Virus record (IMG/VR): IMGVR_UViG_3300032053_005343
Span: 32,001-96,000 of that record
Origin: a virus
Strand: one strand, 5' to 3'
DNA: 64,000 nucleotides
The translations under genes were made by a program, and so were the position numbers. Under the pieces are notes generated by a model. The model saw nothing but the letters and a program-made list of their open reading frames with translations. It was not told where the DNA came from and did not search any database. This document shows, piece by piece, positions 37,940 to 46,721 of the stretch. Each line of letters opens with the position of its first letter. Position 1 is the first letter of the stretch.

Positions 37940-38832
37940 TTTGTTTTCCTAGAAAGCGTATTTCCGGTGGGTCCGATAAATTTTTGTAAATTAAATTTTT
38001 CTAGTATTAAATTGAAAAAATAATTTGCTTTTTCATTTTTAAGTTTTTCATAATTTTCAGATGAATTTTTTCTAGTATGGGAATGATCTACTTTAACTCT
38101 ATCGCAATAAGCAATTTTTATTTTGTTAAAAGCTCTTAAAAAGAATACGCTATGTTCAACCACTTTAAATTCATCGTCCCACGCACCGAACTTTTTAATT
38201 GCCTCTGTTTTGCCCATCCAAAACGACAGGGTTATATCAAATAATGGACATCCATACTCATTTCCCTTGTTCTTTTTCTCGAAATGTACTATTCCATTTT
38301 TAAATTCTTCCTCGTTAAGACAAGCCTCGTAATGGGGAAATCCTTGCACATCCCCTCCAACCAAATCTATACTTGAACTTTCTAATATATCTAACCATAT
38401 TTCCAGTTGTGTTTTTTCTGTAAAAATAAAATCATCGTCCAAGACAACAACATACGGAGTTTTGACCGCAAATAATGCCCGATTTTTTCCATAAGAAATT
38501 CCAGTATTAAATGGTAACACGATACGAGAAAAGTTTTTTCTTGAAATTGAGAATATTTCTCTACTATCATCAGCAACAATAATTTTAATATTTGGGTAAA
38601 ATTGATCAATACTTTTAATAAGTCTATCTAAACACAACGGTCTTTCAAAAGCTTTAATTATAAGTGTAACATCGTCTAATGACCCACGCAATTTAACAAG
38701 TTCCTGTGGGGGTAATGGTGGTTGTAATGGTTGCGGTGGAAGCAATGGTTCTGGCAAAGGTAATATTTTAGGATTTTCCTGTGAGATGTCACCAGCTTCT
38801 CTTCTTTTTCTTTTTTCTTCTCTACTAAGCAT
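37936..38832 (-). CDS. GT2-family glycosyltransferase with Pro-rich N-terminal linker
   Basis: IIKAFERP..IIVADDS..GISYGKN..VLDDD (DXD)..WDDEFKVVEH. Confidence 0.88.
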   Translation of the reverse strand: MLSREEKRKRREAGDISQENPKILPLPEPLLPPQPLQPPLPPQELVKLRGSLDDVTLIIKAFERPLCLDRLIKSIDQFYPNIKIIVADDSREIFSISRKNFSRIVLPFNTGISYGKNRALFAVKTPYVVVLDDDFIFTEKTQLEIWLDILESSSIDLVGGDVQGFPHYEACLNEEEFKNGIVHFEKKNKGNEYGCPLFDITLSFWMGKTEAIKKFGAWDDEFKVVEHSVFFLRAFNKIKIAYCDRVKVDHSHTRKNSSENYEKLKNEKANYFFNLILEKFNLQKFIGPTGNTLSRKTK

Positions 38833-40024
38833 GTTTTTCCCTTATAAATAAAACCGCAGCCCTTTTTCCATTACAATAATCGTCCTCTGCTCTCATAACA
38901 GAAGAGCATGACGAAGATGGTGTTAGTTGGTGGGCTTTAAATCCGCTGTTTTCGAATTTCTTGATAATATGATTTATATCCGGTAGTTTTAGATTTAGAT
39001 GTGTATCAATGTTGCCAAAAAATATATCTGTTCTAGGTTTGAATACATTTGTACCAATCTTAGTATCTATTAAAACCGCTTCTGTGCTAGACTCGATGAG
39101 TTTATCAATAAGAAAATCGTGATCTTCTATGTGATGTAAAATTCCTGCGCAAATCACAAAATTAAACTTTCTTTCCGACATAGTTTTTTGCCAAAAGACA
39201 GGATCAAGAATGTCACAATTAACAAATTCATAATTGTCTTCTGGTAAGAACTGATTAGAACTCCAATATAGGAGACCCTGAAGAATATATTTATTTCTTC
39301 CTTCTAGTGCGGTTAAACTTTTTGCACCATATCTTACGTATCTAGAACCCCAATAAGAAACATTAGATCCAACGTCTAATATGCTTTTACCTTTGAAGTC
39401 ATATTTATCTACTACTTGGTCAACCAGTAAGTTCTCCCTGTATTTGTTTCTTACGGATAATTCTTGTGGAGATCGAGAAGTTCCAATGCCTGGAACAACT
39501 GTTTCCCCGCCTATTTCTAGTGGGTAATACCATGGATTGAGCATATTAATAACATGATTTACATTTTTAACCCTCTTTTTTATTTCTGTAGAAGAGACGC
39601 CCTTGTAATATGGTAATGTAACGATCCTTGTGGTAGATGGAATACTGGATTTAACAACATGTCTAAGCTCTTCGTCATGAGATTCACTTTCTGCGACAAC
39701 ATCTGGTTTTATATGTAATATGTTGTTAACAGGAGAGTATGTGTCTTGGCAAACTACCAAATCGACATATTTTATGGATTCTATTACCCTAACTCTTTCG
39801 TCCATTGACATAATCGGAGGATTCTTTCTCTCCATTATTGCTTCGTCTGTTAAAACCCCAACAACCAATATGTCTCCCAAAGCTTTAGCATTTTTTAAAT
39901 GAAGCACATGTCCATAATGAACTATGTCTCCACAAACATACGCATAGACTACTACAGGAGCGGTTTGTTCCTTAAGCACTTCGGATTTCTCGCACAATGC
40001 CATTGAGTTACTGGGATTTTCCAT
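38825..40024 (-). CDS. cytidylyltransferase (HIGH-like) fused to a class I methyltransferase
   Basis: GDIVHYGH..LVVGVLTD..ER..SSTEIK; second domain ILDVGSN..LEGR..AGILHH; true start uncertain (overlaps LicD). Confidence 0.82.
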   Translation of the reverse strand: MENPSNSMALCEKSEVLKEQTAPVVVYAYVCGDIVHYGHVLHLKNAKALGDILVVGVLTDEAIMERKNPPIMSMDERVRVIESIKYVDLVVCQDTYSPVNNILHIKPDVVAESESHDEELRHVVKSSIPSTTRIVTLPYYKGVSSTEIKKRVKNVNHVINMLNPWYYPLEIGGETVVPGIGTSRSPQELSVRNKYRENLLVDQVVDKYDFKGKSILDVGSNVSYWGSRYVRYGAKSLTALEGRNKYILQGLLYWSSNQFLPEDNYEFVNCDILDPVFWQKTMSERKFNFVICAGILHHIEDHDFLIDKLIESSTEAVLIDTKIGTNVFKPRTDIFFGNIDTHLNLKLPDINHIIKKFENSGFKAHQLTPSSSCSSVMRAEDDYCNGKRAAVLFIREKHA

Positions 40025-40569
40025 TCCCCATATTGTTCCTCAAGATATTTTTCTATTTGTTTTACTACGTTAACTTTTACGCCCTTAAATTCGACTTTTT
40101 CAAATTCGTCAAAAAGATCTTTGGAATAACAATAATATAATATTCCAGGATTCCAGACTCCGTGCCAGAGACAATTTATCCCTTCGAAGAAAAAAAACCA
40201 TTCAATTTTAACTTCGTTTCTGACAAAAGAAATTTCTAAACCGTCGTTCCTATTTCCAAGAATATGGGCGAGTTGAAAGCCCCTGCCTTTCATCTTGTCT
40301 ATAAGTTCTTGTTGTTTTAATTCACTCAAATCAGAGATATTGGCCCCAAGGTCAATGTCATCGTCATGAGATATGAAATCTTTGTCTCTATAATAACCTA
40401 AACACGTACCGCAATGAAGCCATGTAAATAAACCAATTTCATTGCATACCTCATACGCTTCTTTTAAATTTGCTATAGCATTTTTTACAACATCTGGCGA
40501 AGATCCAAACAAAGGAGCGACCATATTAAATCTCCTTGTCTTGTCCATTATTTTCTTTACATTCATCAC
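39952..40569 (-). CDS. LicD-family phosphotransferase
   Basis: WLHCGTCLGYYRDKDFISHDDDIDLG..YLEEQYGEWKIP. Confidence 0.88.
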   Translation of the reverse strand: MMNVKKIMDKTRRFNMVAPLFGSSPDVVKNAIANLKEAYEVCNEIGLFTWLHCGTCLGYYRDKDFISHDDDIDLGANISDLSELKQQELIDKMKGRGFQLAHILGNRNDGLEISFVRNEVKIEWFFFFEGINCLWHGVWNPGILYYCYSKDLFDEFEKVEFKGVKVNVVKQIEKYLEEQYGEWKIPVTQWHCARNPKCLRNKPLL

Positions 40570-40804
40570 ATTGATATTTTTCTATTTCGAACTCTTCATT
40601 ACAATTTTTGCATTTCACATCTATTGGATATAGATATGACGCCGCACTCACTGCATCGGGATCGTCCAAGTCTTCTAGTATAGCTTGTTCTTCTTCTGGG
40701 TCTATTTCCTCATTGATTAGTCTTAAAAAATTATCTTCTCCACATTCATTACAAATCCACATCGCTGCTGGTATTAGTTCCACCGTTTCTTTTCTTTTTT
40801 TCAT
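40526..40804 (-). CDS. small Zn-ribbon protein
   Basis: CNEC, CKNC, CDEC motifs; AGGAG RBS. Confidence 0.6.
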   Translation of the reverse strand: MKKRKETVELIPAAMWICNECGEDNFLRLINEEIDPEEEQAILEDLDDPDAVSAASYLYPIDVKCKNCNEEFEIEKYQCDECKENNGQDKEI

Positions 40805-40816
40805 TTATATCTCCTG

Positions 40817-41344
40817 TTAAACTTTTATATGTTTCCATGTTCTTTCTTTTTTTATATCACAAATAGTTTGTGGCGATAGATTAAACTTGTGTGCGATTTG
40901 ATTTTGTGTTAATATTTTTTCTTTAATTAATATTTTAATTTCTTTAATTTGTAATTCATTTGATTTTGCCATTCCGCTTTTAGATCCTTTGTTGTCCGGT
41001 AATACCATGGTGCCATGCGAAATTTTATCTAACGCATTTTCTGATCTTGTTGCATATTTTAAATTATTTATATTGTTGTTTAATTTATTGCCGTCAATAT
41101 GACATCCCTCCATTCCTTTTGGACATGGACCCTTGAATGCAAGAAGAATTATTCTGTGTAATAAAATTCTTTTGCGTTTGCCATTTTTTATTAGGGATAT
41201 TCTAATATAACCACTGACTATATCATTTTTTCTTAATACTCTTTCCTTTTTACAACATATCCCTATCAATCTTTTAACTTCGCCACCACTGGAAGCTTGA
41301 TAAAAGCCTTCATATCCAGCAAAATCTTTCCACACTTCTTTCAT
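40817..41344 (-). CDS. NUMOD4-HNH homing endonuclease
   Basis: EVWKDFAGYEGFYQAS; GPCPKGMEGCHIDGNKLNNNINNL. Confidence 0.9.
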   Translation of the reverse strand: MKEVWKDFAGYEGFYQASSGGEVKRLIGICCKKERVLRKNDIVSGYIRISLIKNGKRKRILLHRIILLAFKGPCPKGMEGCHIDGNKLNNNINNLKYATRSENALDKISHGTMVLPDNKGSKSGMAKSNELQIKEIKILIKEKILTQNQIAHKFNLSPQTICDIKKERTWKHIKV

Positions 41345-42120
41345 ATGCCGTTTCCCCACTCTCGATTCTTGTTAGCATCTATTTGTAAATTTTCTTTTAA
41401 TTTTTTATATATTTTTTCATTATCAATTATTGTTTTGTGGAAACTCCTTATTACGGGGTGGTTAATATGATATGTTATTACACTATCATCTATAATTATT
41501 TTTACACCACTTTTTTTTATTCTATCTAAAAGATTGACATCTTCGTAACCATACCCGTCTTGAAATTCTTCCTCATATCCTTTCATCTCTTTTAATCTTT
41601 GTGTTCTTATAGTCACACAATTATGGAAGCCTTCATAATTTTTTGGAGTTACTTTCCATTGTCTCAATACCGGGAATTGTTTTAAATCAACTAATGGATT
41701 ATCAATTATTTGTTGTGTTTCTTGTGGACAAAGTTCAATCATACCTCCGGGACGATACACAATATTATCTAAATCTATTATTTTTGATATAATATCATTT
41801 TCAATAATAATTTCTGGATCTTTTGTACACAGCCATTTTGACATACATCGTTTGATAACGAAGTTCCTGATTAGGCACCCATTTCTTTCGTTCGCTGGAT
41901 TTCTATCAAACGTAAAATATCTAAGATTAAACTCTTTTTCTAAATCTTCCATTGGTTCGTGAGGTCCATCATTTACAATTAGCCACAAATATTTATCATC
42001 AGACACAGATGTTTTAAATCTTCGGAGAGTGGGAACCAATAGATGCTTACGAGAAAAATTGGGTACAAAAATTATAAGCTCCCTATTTGTTATAGACCAG
42101 TCAAATTGTTTATGATTCAT
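41341..42120 (-). CDS. GT-A glycosyltransferase, paralogue of 35688 and 37172
   Basis: FDWS..VPNFSR..VNDG..KDPE..GYEEEF..GYGYED..HINH..WGNG. Confidence 0.88.
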   Translation of the reverse strand: MNHKQFDWSITNRELIIFVPNFSRKHLLVPTLRRFKTSVSDDKYLWLIVNDGPHEPMEDLEKEFNLRYFTFDRNPANERNGCLIRNFVIKRCMSKWLCTKDPEIIIENDIISKIIDLDNIVYRPGGMIELCPQETQQIIDNPLVDLKQFPVLRQWKVTPKNYEGFHNCVTIRTQRLKEMKGYEEEFQDGYGYEDVNLLDRIKKSGVKIIIDDSVITYHINHPVIRSFHKTIIDNEKIYKKLKENLQIDANKNREWGNGI

Positions 42121-42667
42121 TTTTAATATATCCCCATCTTTTGCCAGTATTAATGTTACTTATTTCTGATTGGCCTATCTTAAATATTTGACCAATTTCT
42201 TTTTGTGATAATTCGTCTTGTTTTAATAATTGTTTTATAATACGAATTATCCAATTATTTAATTTTGCTTTTCCATGAAGTTCTCCTCTATTATTTGGTT
42301 TAAGCCAATTAAAATTACCATGTTTTGTCCTGTCTTTCATATTGTTGGAATGAGTCCCCCAACAAAGATTGTCTAATTTATTGTTTCTTGGATTCCCATC
42401 CAAATGTCTACATTCCATTCCCGAAGGACATGTGCCGATAAATGTTTCCAAAACGAGGGTGTGAATTAAATAAAATTTCTTTTTCTTATTTTTGTATAAA
42501 CAAACGGATAAATATCCATCCCTATGTTTACCTGGATTTAAAATCCTTTTTTCTGTACCATTCCATTTAATTAAACTTCTAATAGAACCAAAGATAGATG
42601 CCTGATAAAGCCCTTTATATCCCGGAATATTTTTCCAAATTTCAATATTATTTTGATTTGGTAACAT
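42110..42667 (-). CDS. NUMOD4-HNH homing endonuclease
   Basis: EIWKNIPGYKGLYQAS; GMECRHLDGNPRNNKLDNLCWGT. Confidence 0.9.
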   Translation of the reverse strand: MLPNQNNIEIWKNIPGYKGLYQASIFGSIRSLIKWNGTEKRILNPGKHRDGYLSVCLYKNKKKKFYLIHTLVLETFIGTCPSGMECRHLDGNPRNNKLDNLCWGTHSNNMKDRTKHGNFNWLKPNNRGELHGKAKLNNWIIRIIKQLLKQDELSQKEIGQIFKIGQSEISNINTGKRWGYIKNES

Positions 42668-43055
42668 ATTTTATTATTTTCCTAACTTCTACTTTTCTTG
42701 TTAAATTTTGTTTTTCTTGAAAACATGAATCACAAATGCTGCCCTGAATTCTATAATCTTGCCTACTTAACATGTCCTCTAATTGATCAAATTTGCTTCC
42801 AAACCCAAAATGAATTTCGATCGTTCCACCCTCTAGGTTCGGCAATACTCCTTCTTCATCATTTCCCGCATATCCATCTGTATAAATTGGTATTTCTTTT
42901 TCACAGCAAATACAAATCCATTTCCATTTTTTATTTATTTTACAAATACATTTTTCGGGAATTTTTCGACACCCATTACACAAACCCTCTGTGCTATCTT
43001 GGTGCGGACAACAAACGTTTGATTCGCATCCACACGAATTATATTGCTTTTTCAT
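42648..43055 (-). CDS. Cys-rich hypothetical protein
   Basis: Multiple Cys clusters; coupled overlaps with both neighbours. Confidence 0.55.
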   Translation of the reverse strand: MKKQYNSCGCESNVCCPHQDSTEGLCNGCRKIPEKCICKINKKWKWICICCEKEIPIYTDGYAGNDEEGVLPNLEGGTIEIHFGFGSKFDQLEDMLSRQDYRIQGSICDSCFQEKQNLTRKVEVRKIIKYVTKSK

Positions 43056-43429
43056 TATTTGTTCCTTTGTTTATCTATTTCTTTTACTATGTTTGGTAAA
43101 CTAAAATTTTCACCTTTTATTGGTTTGTTGGTTGGACCAATGGGTGAATCTTTACTCATATTAGAGCGATGTATTTCTTCGAACATGGGTTCTATGTCTA
43201 TTCCCATACAAACACACATACCAAAAGTTACATACAATAAATCGCCTATTCCATCGCATATACCAATCAAATCACTGTTTTTTGACGCACAAATAATCTC
43301 GTTTAATTCTTCTTGTAAAAAATCCAGTCTGAATTTTAATAGTTCTGGTTGTAATATAGATGGAGAATAACCAATACTATGATTATATTTTTTATGAAAA
43401 TCTTGAACCATTTGTTGCATTTTATTCAT
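43055..43429 (-). CDS. MazG-like / PRA-PH-family nucleoside triphosphate pyrophosphohydrolase
   Basis: VQDFH..FLQEELNE..DGIGDLLYV..EIHRSNMSK. Confidence 0.85.
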   Translation of the reverse strand: MNKMQQMVQDFHKKYNHSIGYSPSILQPELLKFRLDFLQEELNEIICASKNSDLIGICDGIGDLLYVTFGMCVCMGIDIEPMFEEIHRSNMSKDSPIGPTNKPIKGENFSLPNIVKEIDKQRNK

Positions 43430-43883
43430 AAATTATATCATCGAACCCTTCCGACATCTCCGGTTTTTCCATTTGCTTATAAAGATTCACAAGAATATTC
43501 TCCGGAACCTTGTTTTCTTTTCTTTGTTCATTATTTTTTAAACAAAATTCTAGAGATTTATTAAAACTAAGAGCTATAACTTTAAATCCAAGTTTTTTAC
43601 CAAAGTCAATCCAATATTCTCTACTTTTCTTATTAATGAACCATTTACTCTCGTCAATTATTATACTAAGATTTGGATTTTTAGATAGGGCAAAAATAAT
43701 ATGTCCTATAATTTGTTTTAAATACTCTTCTTTTGAGTCGTTATATTGTTCTTTATAAAACGCTAATCTAAAATCATCTACCGAAAGAACCACAATATTT
43801 TTTTCTCTTTCTGCTATTTTTCTGCATGTTGTAGTTTTCTTAGATGCAGGAGGAGCGATGGTTAAATAAAAATACCTATTCAT
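43422..43883 (-). CDS. polynucleotide-kinase-like P-loop kinase (AAA_33-like)
   Basis: IAPPASKKTT (variant P-loop), LSVDDFR, IIID, R..KVPE..EGFD. Confidence 0.75.
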   Translation of the reverse strand: MNRYFYLTIAPPASKKTTTCRKIAEREKNIVVLSVDDFRLAFYKEQYNDSKEEYLKQIIGHIIFALSKNPNLSIIIDESKWFINKKSREYWIDFGKKLGFKVIALSFNKSLEFCLKNNEQRKENKVPENILVNLYKQMEKPEMSEGFDDIIYE

Positions 43884-43885
43884 AA

Positions 43886-44365
43886 TTAATTATCTTTCCA
43901 CGTTTTATGCAATTTAATACAAGCTTCCAATAATCTATTAATTATTCTAATTTTCCATTCGTTTAATTTTGCATTATTATTTTTTGATCCCTTTTGATTC
44001 TCTTGTAGTGGTGGTGGTTTAAATGTACCATGTTTAATTTTATCGTTTTCATTACTCTTGTGAAAATCCCACCTTAAATTTTCTATTAAATAATTTTTTG
44101 GATTACCATTATTGTGACAAGCCTCCATCCCTTTAGGTCGCTGGCCAACAAAATACTCTAAAACTAAACGGTGAATTCTTATTAGTTTATGTTTACCATT
44201 TTTATATAAATTGACAAATGGATATCTAGCTTTGATATGAATTTTTAATATTTTGTTAGAAATATTCCCATATCTATTAAATAATCTTTTTATTCTATAC
44301 AAATTAGAAAATTGATATATTCTTTCAAAGCCAATAATATCTTTCCAGACTTCAATATTATTCAT
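43886..44365 (-). CDS. NUMOD4-HNH homing endonuclease, C-terminally truncated
   Basis: EVWKDIIGF; HRLVLEYFVG..ACHNNGNP..NLRWD; HTH cut short. Confidence 0.85.
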   Translation of the reverse strand: MNNIEVWKDIIGFERIYQFSNLYRIKRLFNRYGNISNKILKIHIKARYPFVNLYKNGKHKLIRIHRLVLEYFVGQRPKGMEACHNNGNPKNYLIENLRWDFHKSNENDKIKHGTFKPPPLQENQKGSKNNNAKLNEWKIRIINRLLEACIKLHKTWKDN

Positions 44366-46721
44366 TTATTTCGACATCTTCTTGGATTTCTATTTTACTA
44401 TCAACTTGATTAATGAGATCTTGCGCCAACCAAATCTTATCCAATGCCACAATTCCCAATAGATCGAACTTGACGCAACCCATAGCCTCCGCAGAACCCA
44501 TTTCAAGTCCGACAATTCTTGTTTTATTCTTCGGGTCGAAAACAAGAGGAACCAGTTCGCTAATTGGAATGTCTGCTATAACGAGACCTGCTGCATGTTT
44601 TGACTGACTTTTCTTCGTTTTTTCTAATCTTATCCCCTGATCAAACAATGGTTTATACCATTGATAATATTCTTTAATTTTATCTATATTATCAATACTC
44701 CAGTTTAAAATTCCGTAATCATTATTTTCTGTTTCTTCTCGCATTTTTTGTAAATCGTCTATAATAGAGGCTTCATCAGGCATCAAAGAAGTAATTTCAT
44801 TACATAAATCAAACGGAGTTATAGAAATTTCATCTGGATTTTTGCCCTCTTTTGTTGCTTTTACTTTCATTAAATGTTTTACTAAATCTGGCTGGGCACG
44901 AAACACTTCTTTAAGGGCTGCTTTTCCCTGGAGTCTACCGAAGGTCACCATTTGATTGACTCGTTCGGAACCGTACTTGTTTATTAAATATTCGACTACT
45001 TTCTCGCGGAAGACGACCGAAAGATCGAGATCAATGTCTGGAAGACTAATATGACCTGGATTTATTTTAACGGGTTCGCCTGGGTCTAATTTGCAATGCA
45101 TTCTTAATGCGTCCATAATATGTGAATTATTTGGATTTGGAAATTCTAATCCTAAAACCTGATCTTCCGAGGACGAACACATAGTTTGATTATTCTTAAA
45201 TATTTCTAATATGTATAACCACATTTTCGGATTATTTTTATCTATCCAATCAGCTTCTTCTTTAAGTAATTTTTTATTACTTATACTTCTATATTTTAAA
45301 TTATATTGAATAATCAAATTTTTAATGGTATTTCTGGCATCATCAATTTTTTCTTGAATTATAGAATCGGAATTATCTGATAACCATTGCATAAAAGTTA
45401 TTTGCCCGACATCAAAGTGTGGGGGAATATTACGCCCGCTATTATAAAATCTTTGAAAGTAGAGATCGTATTCAAGAGGATCAATTTGGGTTATGTTTAA
45501 TAGATAATTGATCAAAGACCCAGCCCCCGATCCTCTTCCCTTTCCTCTTGGTTTGTTGTTTTCGTCAACGAATTTGCAAATATCATAAACTATTAAAAAA
45601 TAATCTGCCAATTTAGCTTCTTTGATAACATCCAGTTCATATAGTAATCTTTCCCAATAAATTTTCTTTTTTTCTATTGGGAAATTTATTAATTTCTTTT
45701 TTGCTCCTTTTATACATAATTCTTTTAAATAGTCGTCGGATGAAACTTCGTTTGGGGTTTTATATTTAGGCAAACAGGGTCTTCGCCCCAATTTCGTTGG
45801 TTGGATCATGTCGGAAATTACAAGGGTTTGTTCAATTTCTTCTTTTGTGTAGTGTTCGGCCATTTCCTCTGGTGAAAAGATATAAAAAGTATCCCTAAAG
45901 AAAAAAGACATGGTATCAGAGCCTTCTGATTTCAACCTAGCCTGTTCTTCTGCTGTTGTGTGTAATTGACTATAAAGAAGTATTCTATGGTCTTCTACCT
46001 GTTCTTTTCTCGCATAATGGGCATCAAGAGTCGATACCGACCGTATATTTAAGGCTTTTGAGATCTCACGAAGACATTCTACTGCCACCTTCTGCGCAGG
46101 CATTCCCTCCTCCTGCAATTCGATAAAATAATTTTCCTTGCCAAAAATTGATATATACCTAGAAACAATTTCATCAGCTATATTTCGCCAATTGGGTTTA
46201 AGTAATTTTTTAACCTCATCTATATTTTCGGTTTGTTCACCAATTAGACATGCCTTCCCAACATCTTCAAATAACGATTTGGAAAGTTCGCCTATGATAC
46301 AGCCACTTAAACATATTAAATTTTTATTTTTTGTGAACAGTGATAAATTATCTACAGAAATTCTAGGCTTCCGGTAAAAGTTTTGAGGTAGGTTGGTATA
46401 ACTAACTAACGACATCAAATCCTTAATACCATTTTCGTTTTTTGCTAATAGTGTAAGGTGATTGTGGGATTTGTTTGTATTGTCTTTAATAGTTTGATCT
46501 AATTTACTCGTGTAAATCTCGCAGGCCACAATTTGCTTGATATCATATTTTTTACAAGCTTTTTGAAAATCTATTATATGAGACACGTTGCCGTGATCGG
46601 TTATACAACAAGCAGGACAACCAATTTCTTTTGCTCGTTTTGCTATTTGTTCCGGAGAACAAAGACCGTCTAAAATTGAATAATCCGAGTGGAGATGGAG
46701 TGGGACATATGTATTACTCAT
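44358..46721 (-). CDS. dnaE: DNA polymerase III alpha (DnaE), N-terminal half (PHP + palm)
   Basis: LHLHSDYSILDG, ITDHG, HLTLLAKN, GRGSGAGSL, LPDIDLD, SKHAAG, VKFDLLG; ends shortly after the last catalytic Asp. Confidence 0.93.
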   Translation of the reverse strand: MSNTYVPLHLHSDYSILDGLCSPEQIAKRAKEIGCPACCITDHGNVSHIIDFQKACKKYDIKQIVACEIYTSKLDQTIKDNTNKSHNHLTLLAKNENGIKDLMSLVSYTNLPQNFYRKPRISVDNLSLFTKNKNLICLSGCIIGELSKSLFEDVGKACLIGEQTENIDEVKKLLKPNWRNIADEIVSRYISIFGKENYFIELQEEGMPAQKVAVECLREISKALNIRSVSTLDAHYARKEQVEDHRILLYSQLHTTAEEQARLKSEGSDTMSFFFRDTFYIFSPEEMAEHYTKEEIEQTLVISDMIQPTKLGRRPCLPKYKTPNEVSSDDYLKELCIKGAKKKLINFPIEKKKIYWERLLYELDVIKEAKLADYFLIVYDICKFVDENNKPRGKGRGSGAGSLINYLLNITQIDPLEYDLYFQRFYNSGRNIPPHFDVGQITFMQWLSDNSDSIIQEKIDDARNTIKNLIIQYNLKYRSISNKKLLKEEADWIDKNNPKMWLYILEIFKNNQTMCSSSEDQVLGLEFPNPNNSHIMDALRMHCKLDPGEPVKINPGHISLPDIDLDLSVVFREKVVEYLINKYGSERVNQMVTFGRLQGKAALKEVFRAQPDLVKHLMKVKATKEGKNPDEISITPFDLCNEITSLMPDEASIIDDLQKMREETENNDYGILNWSIDNIDKIKEYYQWYKPLFDQGIRLEKTKKSQSKHAAGLVIADIPISELVPLVFDPKNKTRIVGLEMGSAEAMGCVKFDLLGIVALDKIWLAQDLINQVDSKIEIQEDVEINE

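Noticed and set aside
15450-43883. Bacterial O-antigen or capsule locus from a cellular chromosome
   Set aside because: No wzx/wzy/ABC exporter or initiating transferase; interleaved with phage-type replication genes and HEGs, and linked to a virion-like gene block.
23410-46721. Trans-splicing split intein joining the two DnaE halves
   Set aside because: The N-half has no C/S-initiated IntN tail and the C-half has no IntC (..HN) leader; the only intein is complete and internal.
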